Source of the DNA: a virus
Lineage: Duplodnaviria > Caudoviricetes
DNA length: 34,321 nucleotides
Virus record (IMG/VR): IMGVR_UViG_3300020573_000024
Coordinates: 1 to 34,321 of that record
Reading direction: 5' to 3' (one strand)
The notes below the pieces were generated by a model that did not search any database, had not been told where the DNA came from, and worked only from the letters and a program-made list of their open reading frames with translations. A program made the translations under genes and the position numbers. This document shows positions 8,951-16,901 of this stretch, piece after piece. Within the stretch, counting starts at the first letter, position 1, and every line of letters starts with the position of its first letter.

Positions 8951-8992
8951 TATTCCTATTGACAACATATTATTTATTCTAATAGGATGATT
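8951..8992 (+). promoter_or_regulatory. Promoter of the plus-strand island with repressor operator
   Basis: TTGACA (8959)-18nt-TAGGAT (8983); operator-like TATTCT-AAT-AGGATG at 8975-8989. Near copy of the promoter at 19815-19847. Confidence 0.65.
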
Positions 8993-9022
8993 ACATCATC
9001 AACCGGAAATGGAGTCCGACAC

Positions 9023-9163
9023 ATGAAACTATCAAAGATACAACCGACGCGGCGCTTCGCCTCACCTGCCGCCATGGCGGCGGCGCTGGGCACCTCGCGC
9101 TATCCGTTTCGCGATCATGGAACCATGGCAGACCATGCCAAGGCAAAGGTGGTGCAATCATGA
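9023..9163 (+). CDS. Small hypothetical protein (46 aa)
   Basis: MKLSKIQPTRRFASPAAMAAALG...; GGAG SD at 9011; ATGA overlap with the next gene. Below the ORF-track cutoff. Confidence 0.6.
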   Translation: MKLSKIQPTRRFASPAAMAAALGTSRYPFRDHGTMADHAKAKVVQS

Positions 9164-9363
9164 AAGCCACCACAACCAAAGAGCAACTGCTTGCCGAACG
9201 CGACGACGCACTGGCCGGCATTGACCGCTTTATTGCGGAGCGCGATCGGCAAATGATAGCCGCCGCCGTCAACGGGCCGCATCGCCGCGCCATGCACGTC
9301 GATCAACGCGACGCGGGCCATTTACCCATTTTCATTGCAGCTAACGAACCGAGGATGATCTAA
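9160..9363 (+). CDS. Hypothetical protein (67 aa)
   Basis: Translationally coupled on both sides. Confidence 0.65.
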   Translation: MKATTTKEQLLAERDDALAGIDRFIAERDRQMIAAAVNGPHRRAMHVDQRDAGHLPIFIAANEPRMI

Positions 9364-9575
9364 TGACCAAGACAATTAAATATCGCTACGTCGCCATTGC
9401 TATCGGCGATAGCATCAAATTTAAATCGCTTAAGGGCAATTGTTGGATCAATCCCCAAAGCGCGACCGTTGTCGATTTAAACTGCAACGGCCCGATAGTG
9501 TACCTTGAAGACGGGTCAAAAATTTTCGTCCGATGGCCCGAAGTCAAAGCCGTCATGAAGGCGGTGAAGCCATGA
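9363..9575 (+). CDS. Hypothetical protein (70 aa, beta-rich)
   Basis: TAATG coupling, SD GAGG. Confidence 0.65.
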   Translation: MTKTIKYRYVAIAIGDSIKFKSLKGNCWINPQSATVVDLNCNGPIVYLEDGSKIFVRWPEVKAVMKAVKP

Positions 9576-10252
9576 TGCAAATGGACCTGTTTGCCGCCGC
9601 GCCTGTCATAAGACGGCCCTGCCGCCCCGACACGGCCATGCTGTTGGCAATGTCGGACAATGCCCCGCCGCGCTTTAATAAGCAGGCGACCGGCGCAGCG
9701 GCTGCCGCGTTGATTTCCGAAGCCATGGCGATCACCGCGCAAGGCTTCTGCCTGTCCCGCGTCAAAGGCCACGAAACTGCAAAGCGCGCCGCCGAAATTG
9801 CCATAACTGGCAAGCATGACTTGGCGATCAGCGGCGATATTCGCGTCAGCTTTGACCTATGCGCGCGGCTATGGCACTTGCGCAGCATGGCCGACGGTGA
9901 CGCTGCGGGCGCATTTATGCACCACGTTAGCGAGTTTGAGGATCCCGACGCCGCGCCGATGGCTTGCGGGCTGGATGATTTTGCGGGCTATGAAGGCTAC
10001 ACCGAAACCAGCGCCATAATCGCCGCCCGCATCGCCGCCGCGCGCGAACGTATGAACGGCCTTTTGCCGCTTTCGGTTGACGATCATGCACGGCGGCTGA
10101 TGAAGCAAGCCACCGAAGCCATGAAGCTGGACTTTCCGGCGCAAAACGCGGTGCACGACGTTGCGCGCACAATCGCCCATTTGGCCGGTTGCGGCATTGT
10201 GAACCGCATTCATATTGCCGAGGCGCTTAGCTATGTGGCGGTGCGGAAATGA
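9572..10252 (+). CDS. Internally deleted ComM/YifB (Mg-chelatase-like AAA+) homologue lacking the ATPase core
   Basis: LSRVKGHETAKRAAEIAITGKHDL matches ComM L..VKGQE.AKRALEIAAAGGHNLL. ETSAIIAARIAAARE and VARTIAHLAG..VNRIHIAEALSY match the Mg_chelatase_C lid. There is no Walker A/B. N-terminal QMDLF. Start 9572 overlaps the upstream stop. Confidence 0.8.
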   Translation: MMQMDLFAAAPVIRRPCRPDTAMLLAMSDNAPPRFNKQATGAAAAALISEAMAITAQGFCLSRVKGHETAKRAAEIAITGKHDLAISGDIRVSFDLCARLWHLRSMADGDAAGAFMHHVSEFEDPDAAPMACGLDDFAGYEGYTETSAIIAARIAAARERMNGLLPLSVDDHARRLMKQATEAMKLDFPAQNAVHDVARTIAHLAGCGIVNRIHIAEALSYVAVRK

Positions 10253-10659
10253 GCAGTAGGCCGCACTCCGAATATGCGCGCGACCTGTCCGGCCTTGGTC
10301 CACCAGCGCCGGACGAATTGCGCCGCGAAGATGAAAGCCGCCCAACGATTGGCGACCTTTTGCCGGTCGGCACTGTCATTTGCACAAGCTACAACACTGG
10401 TCCGTATCGGATCGAGACCGTAAAGAAGTATCAAACCTATCCCGACTTTCATTCTTGGTCACTTGTGTTGATCGACCAGAAGGGCGTCGACTTCATCCGC
10501 ACAAAGAATGATTATTGTTACATCAACGAATTGGTCGTGGAGTGGGACGGCGAAACGCCGCGCTTCCGCAAGCTATTTGCGTGCAACAACGACGAAGTTT
10601 TCATTGTCAGCCAGTTTGCGCCGACCACCGACCGGCGCGGCCAAATGAGCCTGATTTAA
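10249..10659 (+). CDS. Hypothetical protein ending in a beta-clamp-type motif (GQMSLI)
   Basis: 136 aa, ATGA-coupled to the mini-ComM gene; last gene of the island, convergent with the cassette region. Confidence 0.75.
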   Translation: MSSRPHSEYARDLSGLGPPAPDELRREDESRPTIGDLLPVGTVICTSYNTGPYRIETVKKYQTYPDFHSWSLVLIDQKGVDFIRTKNDYCYINELVVEWDGETPRFRKLFACNNDEVFIVSQFAPTTDRRGQMSLI

Positions 10660-10661
10660 TT

Positions 10662-10913
10662 TTACATATATTCCAGCGCCACATCAACAATCACCGCCGC
10701 GACTTTCCACGCGCCGACGAAGCACAGCAACATCAAGGCAAAGCCCATTGCGGTTGACGCATAAGGCGCGATGGAAAGGGCAAAGATAACCAGCGCAATC
10801 ATTCGCAGCTTTGGCTTAACAGCTTCGATCCCGTAATTTGGAATCCGTCCCGCCATGCCGAGGCGGTGAACCGCCCCCATTACCGCGCCGCTTATCATAA
10901 ATGCCAATAGCAT
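10662..10913 (-). CDS. Small multi-pass membrane protein (83 aa), moron-like
   Basis: About three hydrophobic segments; probable leaderless start MLLAF at 10913, 6 nt after a -10-like hexamer. Confidence 0.6.
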   Translation of the reverse strand: MLLAFMISGAVMGAVHRLGMAGRIPNYGIEAVKPKLRMIALVIFALSIAPYASTAMGFALMLLCFVGAWKVAAVIVDVALEYM

Positions 10914-11246
10914 TGCCGCGACATGCCACAGCGCGCCATAAACGTAAATCCTAAAGCAACCGCGCCGATTGGTCCCTTGCCTTGACTTGCTCCAATGCCT
11001 GTTCAACCGGCGTTCCCATCCGGCACAGCCACAGAGCATCGGGATAGTGCATCAACGCGACAAGAGGCGCGGCGCAAGTCGCCACGGGTTGGGGATGGAT
11101 AGGATAGCCGAACAGGTCGCCACCAAAGGCAAGCGGTGCAGGGCTGGCTTGTTCTCTATTCATTGTCGCCACATGCCACATGATCGTTTTAAGGTAAACA
11201 TCAAAGCAACCGCGCCGATTGGTCCCTTGTGCCGCTTGGCCAATGG
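10911..11246. repeat. ~85-bp imperfect direct repeat with 250-bp period (27-bp perfect core)
   Basis: AAAGCAACCGCGCCGATTGGTCCCTTG at 10953-10979 and 11203-11229; ACATGCCACA at 10921 and 11171. Confidence 0.9.
10951..11163 (-). CDS. Hypothetical protein (70 aa)
   Basis: Probable start MNREQ at 11163, at the same repeat position as the 10913 start; ends RDQSARLL like the methylase. Confidence 0.55.
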   Translation of the reverse strand: MNREQASPAPLAFGGDLFGYPIHPQPVATCAAPLVALMHYPDALWLCRMGTPVEQALEQVKARDQSARLL

Positions 11247-11770
11247 AACCGAGTCGGCGCGGACTTGTCCGTGCTGAACCTGTACCAACTGCAATCATCG
11301 GTCGCGTCATGCTTGCTGTTTAGGAACCATTTGAGGCGGCCGACACTGACAACATCGGTGCACAGCCGCTGGCCGATGGATGTTGCCGCCTTTGTGTGCG
11401 GCCAACTGCTATCGAACAACAACCACACTTCATCGGCCATGGCCGCAAAATGTTCGATTAACGGATGCAGCGACGCGCGAAACCATGGCGGGTTGGTGAT
11501 GATCCGCAATTCACGGGTCTGTAGCGTCAGGGCGTCCCTGCGCGGGATATAGGGGCATTGCGGCTCCAGGTCGAACCGGCCATAACATTGGTGCCCATGC
11601 ACATCGAGGAGGCCAATCAACGACCCGTCACCGGCGCATGGTTCCAAATAATAGGCTTCCGGTTCCAAAAACGGCAATAACGGCACGACCGCGCGCGGAT
11701 CGACCGTGGCGTAAAAATCATTCCGCCGCCGCTCCCGCGTGGTCCCCGTGGCGCGGCTAAGGGTGCTCAT
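11201..11770 (-). CDS. Phage DNA N6-adenine methyltransferase
   Basis: DFYAT, SAM-binding LEPCAGDG, catalytic IITNPPW. Confidence 0.85.
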   Translation of the reverse strand: MSTLSRATGTTRERRRNDFYATVDPRAVVPLLPFLEPEAYYLEPCAGDGSLIGLLDVHGHQCYGRFDLEPQCPYIPRRDALTLQTRELRIITNPPWFRASLHPLIEHFAAMADEVWLLFDSSWPHTKAATSIGQRLCTDVVSVGRLKWFLNSKHDATDDCSWYRFSTDKSAPTRFHWPSGTRDQSARLL

Positions 11771-11894
11771 TTCGCAATCATTACGCCGATAAGCGCGGCA
11801 ACAAGGTAAGTCAGCATTTTAAGGCTTTGCGCAATGCTTTTGAGATATTCGTCACTCATTTTTCTTTTCTCCGTGGCGCGGCTAAGGGTGCTCA
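11746..11894. repeat. 24-bp perfect direct repeat duplicating the methylase 5' end
   Basis: CCGTGGCGCGGCTAAGGGTGCTCA at 11746-11769 and 11871-11894. Confidence 0.9.
11767..11859 (-). CDS. 30-aa single-TM peptide
   Basis: MSDEYLKSIAQSLKMLTYLVAALIGVMIAK, GGAG SD, ATGA-coupled to the methylase; flanked by 24-bp direct repeats. Confidence 0.5.
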   Translation of the reverse strand: MSDEYLKSIAQSLKMLTYLVAALIGVMIAK

Positions 11895-12071
11895 ATTGCT
11901 CAACTTTCGCGCGGCCTTTATTTGGTGATTAAGCGTGCAAAGATCGGCGATGGCTTGGCATTTGAAACCTTCGGCCTCTGCTTCGCTGCACCGGAATATC
12001 TTTGCCAGCGACGCGACCGAAAGCGACGCGGCAAGCAATATACCAAGGCCAAGTTCGTGTGCCTGTGTCAT
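11892..12071 (-). CDS. Hypothetical protein (59 aa)
   Basis: Start MTQAH at 12071 with AAAGGA SD and ATGA overlap. Confidence 0.55.
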   Translation of the reverse strand: MTQAHELGLGILLAASLSVASLAKIFRCSEAEAEGFKCQAIADLCTLNHQIKAARKLSN

Positions 12072-12253
12072 GATTGGTCCTTTCTGGCTGGCAAGCGCAA
12101 GGCTAACTCCAAAGCCTCCGCTTCCGTTATGTTTGCAGGATTGACGCAATGCTCGTGCATCATGGAAAGGGTAACATTTTCTTTCCCGCATTTCGTGCAT
12201 TGCCCAACAAACGGCGTTCCTTTTGGGCTTGTTCGTTCAAGTGCGTGTGACAT
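12068..12253 (-). CDS. Small Cys/His protein (61 aa)
   Basis: MSHALERTSPKG..GQCTKCG..HCVNP, coupled on both sides. Confidence 0.65.
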   Translation of the reverse strand: MSHALERTSPKGTPFVGQCTKCGKENVTLSMMHEHCVNPANITEAEALELALRLPARKDQS

Positions 12254-12642
12254 TATCGCCCCTTCTCCCCTATCTCAAAGCCAAGCGCGTCCAGTGCGGC
12301 GCGGAAGTCGTTTGCCATATCCTTGGTGTCTGTATGCCCAAGCCCTATGTGGTCGCATAAGACAACCATCGGGTCAGGCTTGGGCGCAGGGATGATGAAG
12401 GATTTCAGTGTCTCAAAACCACGTTCACGCGTTTCGGGTAAGCGATACTCAACTACTGCATTGCTCACCTTTTGCCGGAAGTCGCTATACTCTTGCTTGG
12501 TAGCTTCGTGCTGTTTGATGGCGCGGCATAGGGCTTCGTCGATGAGGAAATGGCGGTTTATCGAGGTTGGCAAGTTGTTGTATCCTTGCTCCGTCTTCAC
12601 CTCATTTAGAAGTGCTATCGCTTTTTGTTTAATGTCAATCAT
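12253..12642 (-). CDS. Hypothetical protein (129 aa)
   Basis: Start MIDIK at 12642 with GGAGG SD, overlapping the upstream stop. Confidence 0.65.
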   Translation of the reverse strand: MIDIKQKAIALLNEVKTEQGYNNLPTSINRHFLIDEALCRAIKQHEATKQEYSDFRQKVSNAVVEYRLPETRERGFETLKSFIIPAPKPDPMVVLCDHIGLGHTDTKDMANDFRAALDALGFEIGEKGR

Positions 12643-12887
12643 GGCTGGCCTCCTGCTTTTGCTAGGGCTTGCTTGCAGTTTAACGCAATGACGCGTTTGA
12701 GATGAACCCAAGAGCCTTTCTCGCGCTCTGCTTCAATCTGAACGTTACGCAAAGCCTCTGTCAGTTCAGTAATGAGATCGGCGGCTTCGGCACAATCGCA
12801 ACCACTGCTTGCCAACATAGCCTTGCACTTGTTTTCACAAATACTTGAACGCAACCGCGTCACTATAGGTAGTTCACTCGCCATCAC
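12639..12887 (-). CDS. Hypothetical protein (82 aa, Ead/Ea22-like style)
   Basis: IVTRLR...EAADLITEL pattern common in nin-region genes; coupled. Confidence 0.6.
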   Translation of the reverse strand: MMASELPIVTRLRSSICENKCKAMLASSGCDCAEAADLITELTEALRNVQIEAEREKGSWVHLKRVIALNCKQALAKAGGQP

Positions 12888-13180
12888 TTATCTCCCTGTT
12901 TATCTGGTGGGGTGATCGGAACCCAATGGCCATTTGAAAGCTTCTTGCCTTTTGCCGGCAGCGACTTCCATTCTAGATACCGCCGCGCTTCCCATAATGA
13001 GATGATTACGCTTTCAAGGCTGTCAGCCATGTGATCCGGCTCATATCCGGCATCTCGCAGTAGTTTTCCTATGCCGTCCTTCGAGCGCATGGCATCAACA
13101 ATTAAGTGGGCATGGCGAGAAGCCGGGCAAGTTTTGACACCCTTGTCGCGCATTTTATCCAGAGTCCGCTTACCCATCAC
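12884..13180 (-). CDS. Hypothetical protein (98 aa)
   Basis: Bounded by GTGATG stop/start linkers. Confidence 0.6.
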   Translation of the reverse strand: MMGKRTLDKMRDKGVKTCPASRHAHLIVDAMRSKDGIGKLLRDAGYEPDHMADSLESVIISLWEARRYLEWKSLPAKGKKLSNGHWVPITPPDKQGDK

Positions 13181-13938
13181 TTATTCTCCTGTTGTGCGTT
13201 GGGGCGCGCAAAATATGTTTTCCCGTCAAGATCGTGCCCACCCTTGTCAGACTTGCGACCGCCAACCTGTTTGAAATTGAAAATCCGCCCAAGTCGCTGG
13301 CAGTCGGCTTTTAACGACCGCGCCCAATCCAAGTCCATTGGCCTTGCGTTCGGGCCGCTCTCGCCACCGACTATGATCCAGTCCGGCGCTTCATAGTCCA
13401 ACTCCACTTCACCGAGCAGTGGTTCAAAGCTGCCAAAGGTAAACAAGGGGTCAAGCGCTTCTCGCGCCATCGCCAGTTTAATGGCATCCCGATCATATTC
13501 AGCTTGGGTTGCCATCGTCGCGCCGAGCGCTGCGTTTTCGGGCCATCGGCTTCCATGGCCTACCATCTTTACAACATTACCAATGCGCTTTGTCAGCAAT
13601 AGCCATACAAGGTTCGGGGTAGCGCGTATCAGGTCAAACAAATCAGAGCGCCAGTGCGGGTCAACCTCATTGTCAAACACATCGGCCAGCGACGCGCAAA
13701 AGACAAATGGGCGCGTTCCTTGCTTGGCGGCGGCTCGGTCCCATTGGATCGGTTTGCGCCAGTTGGCGTCTGACGTGCGCGAACGTGGTTCTCCCGCGCC
13801 CCATTTGACGCGATGGTAGCGCGTGTCCATCATGTCGGCGGCGTAGCAGTTGTCGCAAGCCGGACTAACGCGGGTGCATCCGATCCACGGATTAAAAGTG
13901 TGGTCGCACCACTCTATTTTTGTAAATTCGCCCATCAC
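13177..13938 (-). CDS. DUF5131 / phage Gp37-Gp68 family protein
   Basis: TKIEWCDHTFNPWIGCTRVSPACDNCYA, FCASLADVFD, LLLTKR, SFEPLL, WIIVGGESG, FNFKQVGG. Confidence 0.92.
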   Translation of the reverse strand: MMGEFTKIEWCDHTFNPWIGCTRVSPACDNCYAADMMDTRYHRVKWGAGEPRSRTSDANWRKPIQWDRAAAKQGTRPFVFCASLADVFDNEVDPHWRSDLFDLIRATPNLVWLLLTKRIGNVVKMVGHGSRWPENAALGATMATQAEYDRDAIKLAMAREALDPLFTFGSFEPLLGEVELDYEAPDWIIVGGESGPNARPMDLDWARSLKADCQRLGRIFNFKQVGGRKSDKGGHDLDGKTYFARPNAQQENK

Positions 13939-14142
13939 TTATTCTCCTCTGGAACGGCTATCCCCATTGCATTGCGGATCGCGGAAAGCTGAAATACGCA
14001 TTTAGCGCGGGTAAGTTCGGATCTGATATTTTGGCTTGCACCGGCATCAAGTGGCGAGGTCTGCGCCAGCAGTGGACCGTGATAACCATTCCAAGCCTGC
14101 GCACGGGACCAACTCGCGCGCGGTGGGTGTGTGTGGGTTCAT
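13935..14142 (-). pseudogene. Frameshifted remnant, possibly Lar-like
   Basis: ATG 14142 (coupled) gives MNPHTPTARELVPC then stops at 31 aa. A shifted frame with no start reads ..AQAWNG..AMGIAVPEENK* and ends exactly at the conserved linker. Confidence 0.4.
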
Positions 14143-14471
14143 GTCGATTTCTTCCACTGTGCGGCGCGGGTTTCCATCGAACTGGGAATATCCTTGCCGC
14201 TACATATTATCCGGCGGCGCGGTGGGTGGGTGATCGTGGCTGGCTCTGCGGGTGGCGGCGGACGATTGGCGGCATATCGCCGGTCGCCAAGCGGTGCGGG
14301 CTTTTTCGGGGTCCGGGCTATTTTTATGCGCCGCTTAAACGTAACGCGCACGACATATGCGGGCTTTGCCACAAGGGCGCGGCTGCGCGCCCGAAACGCC
14401 GCGCCGGGCGTCCCGTCATGCGCAATGCCCACAAAGAAAATGCCGCGCGGCGCCTTTGCCCCAGCCATCAC
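14139..14471 (-). CDS. Basic, Pro-rich hypothetical protein
   Basis: GTGATG overlap with the helicase stop; fills the operon. Confidence 0.5.
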   Translation of the reverse strand: MMAGAKAPRGIFFVGIAHDGTPGAAFRARSRALVAKPAYVVRVTFKRRIKIARTPKKPAPLGDRRYAANRPPPPAEPATITHPPRRRIICSGKDIPSSMETRAAQWKKST

Positions 14472-16414
14472 TCTTTTTCTTTCAAAGCCATCAAGGGTAT
14501 GGCAATTGCGTTGTCGGCGTTCGGGCCGGAAAAGCGCATTTTCAGACCTTTCTCGACGCCCTCGATCTTACCCATTGATTGCAGCCAGCCACCGCCGCGC
14601 CATTCATTGCTGTTCTTGAAAAGTTCGACTAACGGCACGCATGTTGCGTGGGCAACTGCAAGATAGGCGTTCTTCCAGTCATTGATGATTGGCTCACCGG
14701 CAAGCCGAACCTTGCCGTCCTTATCCTTGTCCAACAGGACAAGCCGAAGCCCAACCGTTTTCAGCCTTGACCGTGCGACTTCGTTAATCGGGTTTGATAT
14801 GGCTTCATCGCCATTGTCGCTCGTGCGCGGCTCCATTGCGCGCACAATCCATTGCCCGATTGTTTCGGCTGCATGGCCGTTCGATCCCGGCAATGTTAGC
14901 GACAAAAGATAGGCGATGACGCGCTCGTTATCCGGTCTGGACTCGACCTTGCCGCGCACCATCAATGGCAAGACCATGCGCACCCATGTTTTTTCCGTTA
15001 TGTCCGTTTCATCCGCCGGAACGCGATGCGCGGGCGCTTCATCGAACAACAACATGTCGGCACAGGCAAGCAAGGTGCCATAGGTGTCTTGCCACCGCCC
15101 TTCATAGCCGTGACTGTGGATTTCGCGCTTATATGTCGCCAGCGTGGCTTCAAAACGCGGCCATTGTTCCAACATACGGCGGTGCATCTTGCGCCCCACC
15201 ATCCGCCATAATGGCAATAACGGCCCAACCTCAAACGGATCGATGGCCGCTGGCACTTGGCGCATGTCCAATATCGCAAAACGGTTGCGATCTTCGCCCA
15301 ACATGGGCGTATGCAGAACGGAGGAAAACAGAAACGCCGACTGTGCAGTAAATTCCTGCCCCTTATGGTCTGCGCCACCGCGCAATATCTTGCCGCCCGA
15401 TGATGATTTCTTGGCAAGGTTCATCATCGCGCGTTGCCGTTCGGGGTTGTCCGCCGCCTCGGCTTCGTCGATCATGACGGCCAACGTGTCATTGTTCAAC
15501 AATTGCCGAATGGCCGCTTCGCTGGCATCCTCGGCACGTAATACCCAATCGTCATGAATTGCGCGGATGATGCGCTGCAATGATGATTTTCCCGACGCCG
15601 TTGGTCCGGCCAGCCATACGTGCGGCCGCCAATTCAGCGCGCCGCAAATAAACATCTGCCCGACCATGCCAAGCAACAGATATTCAGCGGGTCCGGGCTT
15701 TCCATCGCGTCCGCCGTCGACAAAATACCATTTGGCGAACAGCTTTAACAATTGCTCGGCCTCGTCACGGGTTGATGCCTCGGCGGCGGGCGGTGGCAAG
15801 GCATCGTCGGCGGGATAATATTTGCCGCCTATGGCACCGGCGCGCTCAACGCGGACGTCGATCCTGTCTTTTGCGACCTTGCCCGAACCGCGCCGCCAAT
15901 CGCCCGCCGATGATATCAAAACCTTGTTGCCCATGTGCAGCAACAATTGTTGATCGTCGTCGCGGCCCCGATGTGCGCCGCGCCCGAATATCTTGCCTTC
16001 GGGCTTGAATATGCCTTTGACGCGGCACGCGCCGATAATCGCCATCTGCGCGTCGTTCTGGTTAAACCCGTCTGTGTAAAATTGCGGGTCTGTGTTGCCC
16101 TTGCCGGTGCCGGGCACCAGCTTTTGTTGGGGGAAAACCTCGGTCAACCATTCCTCACCGCATAACAGCGCCAACAATCCCTTGCCCAATTCCTGCGGTT
16201 TTACCGTCGCAATCTGTTTGCTTTCATCAAGCAGGATAATTGAGACACCATTTTTGCCGAGAGGCGTTATTGGCGCGTCAAGCGGCAGATAGACATGCTT
16301 TTGCCCTTCCTCGCGTTCTTCGCGAGACTTCGGCTTGCGCTTGCGCATATCGGGCGCGGGCTGCGGCGTAGCAGCAGCGGCGGCAACGGCGTCGAGGTTG
16401 GACTCGGACGTCAT
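14468..16414 (-). CDS. P-loop replication helicase/ATPase (DUF927/P4-primase-associated type)
   Basis: 648 aa; Walker A GPTASGKSS, Walker B VMIDEAE, N-terminal PITPLG and GRGAH motifs; downstream of the primase. Confidence 0.8.
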   Translation of the reverse strand: MTSESNLDAVAAAAATPQPAPDMRKRKPKSREEREEGQKHVYLPLDAPITPLGKNGVSIILLDESKQIATVKPQELGKGLLALLCGEEWLTEVFPQQKLVPGTGKGNTDPQFYTDGFNQNDAQMAIIGACRVKGIFKPEGKIFGRGAHRGRDDDQQLLLHMGNKVLISSAGDWRRGSGKVAKDRIDVRVERAGAIGGKYYPADDALPPPAAEASTRDEAEQLLKLFAKWYFVDGGRDGKPGPAEYLLLGMVGQMFICGALNWRPHVWLAGPTASGKSSLQRIIRAIHDDWVLRAEDASEAAIRQLLNNDTLAVMIDEAEAADNPERQRAMMNLAKKSSSGGKILRGGADHKGQEFTAQSAFLFSSVLHTPMLGEDRNRFAILDMRQVPAAIDPFEVGPLLPLWRMVGRKMHRRMLEQWPRFEATLATYKREIHSHGYEGRWQDTYGTLLACADMLLFDEAPAHRVPADETDITEKTWVRMVLPLMVRGKVESRPDNERVIAYLLSLTLPGSNGHAAETIGQWIVRAMEPRTSDNGDEAISNPINEVARSRLKTVGLRLVLLDKDKDGKVRLAGEPIINDWKNAYLAVAHATCVPLVELFKNSNEWRGGGWLQSMGKIEGVEKGLKMRFSGPNADNAIAIPLMALKEKE

Positions 16415-16734
16415 TTGTGGTTGCGCCGATTAGGTCTGGCAAAAGGATCGGGCCAAGCCGGTTCTGACCGACGGGACACTTTGCCTGCCCCTATCAATGC
16501 GGCCCAATGTGCTGCCACGCGTTTCTCGTCAGCGATGTGCTTTGCCAGTTCATCCAAACGACCGTCACGCAAAAGGCCCCACTGATAAAATCCCGTTTGC
16601 ATTGTGGGTGCATTGCTATTGCGGCAGCGCCGCCTGCCCCTTTGCCATTTCAAATGGCGTTTATGTATTTCACGCGCCGTTTTGCGGCCGAACTCTCGTT
16701 CAACCCAACTTGGATATTTTGGAATTTTACTCAC
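16411..16734 (-). CDS. Basic hypothetical protein
   Basis: 107 aa, coupled on both sides. Confidence 0.6.
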   Translation of the reverse strand: MSKIPKYPSWVEREFGRKTAREIHKRHLKWQRGRRRCRNSNAPTMQTGFYQWGLLRDGRLDELAKHIADEKRVAAHWAALIGAGKVSRRSEPAWPDPFARPNRRNHK

Positions 16735-16901
16735 GCCACCACCTTCCGAACGGCCCAGCGGCTAACGCAATGGCGGACGCCATCTTGAAATTCGATCAGG
16801 CATGAATTCATCGTGCCGCGCGCAAGGATGCGGCAAAGCTGCCCTTTGCGTTCCGGCAACGTCGTGCACACCCTCCAATATCTGTCGAAGGGCTGGCTCA
16901 T
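16731..16901 (-). CDS. Small conserved phage protein (56 aa)
   Basis: MSQPFDRYWRVCTTLPERKGQLCRILARGTMNSCLIEFQDGVRHCVSRWAVRKVVA; 4-nt overlaps on both sides; below the ORF-track cutoff. Confidence 0.7.
   Translation of the reverse strand: MSQPFDRYWRVCTTLPERKGQLCRILARGTMNSCLIEFQDGVRHCVSRWAVRKVVA

Noticed and set aside
9572-10252. Functional Mg-chelatase/ComM ATPase, or a host comM remnant marking an integration site
   Set aside because: The catalytic motifs are missing, and the gene is internally deleted with both ends retained inside a coupled phage operon far from attP, so it is not an att-junction fragment.
10911-11894. Direct repeats as a CRISPR array
   Set aside because: Only two copies of each, at 250- and 125-bp periods, coinciding with gene boundaries; no cas genes.
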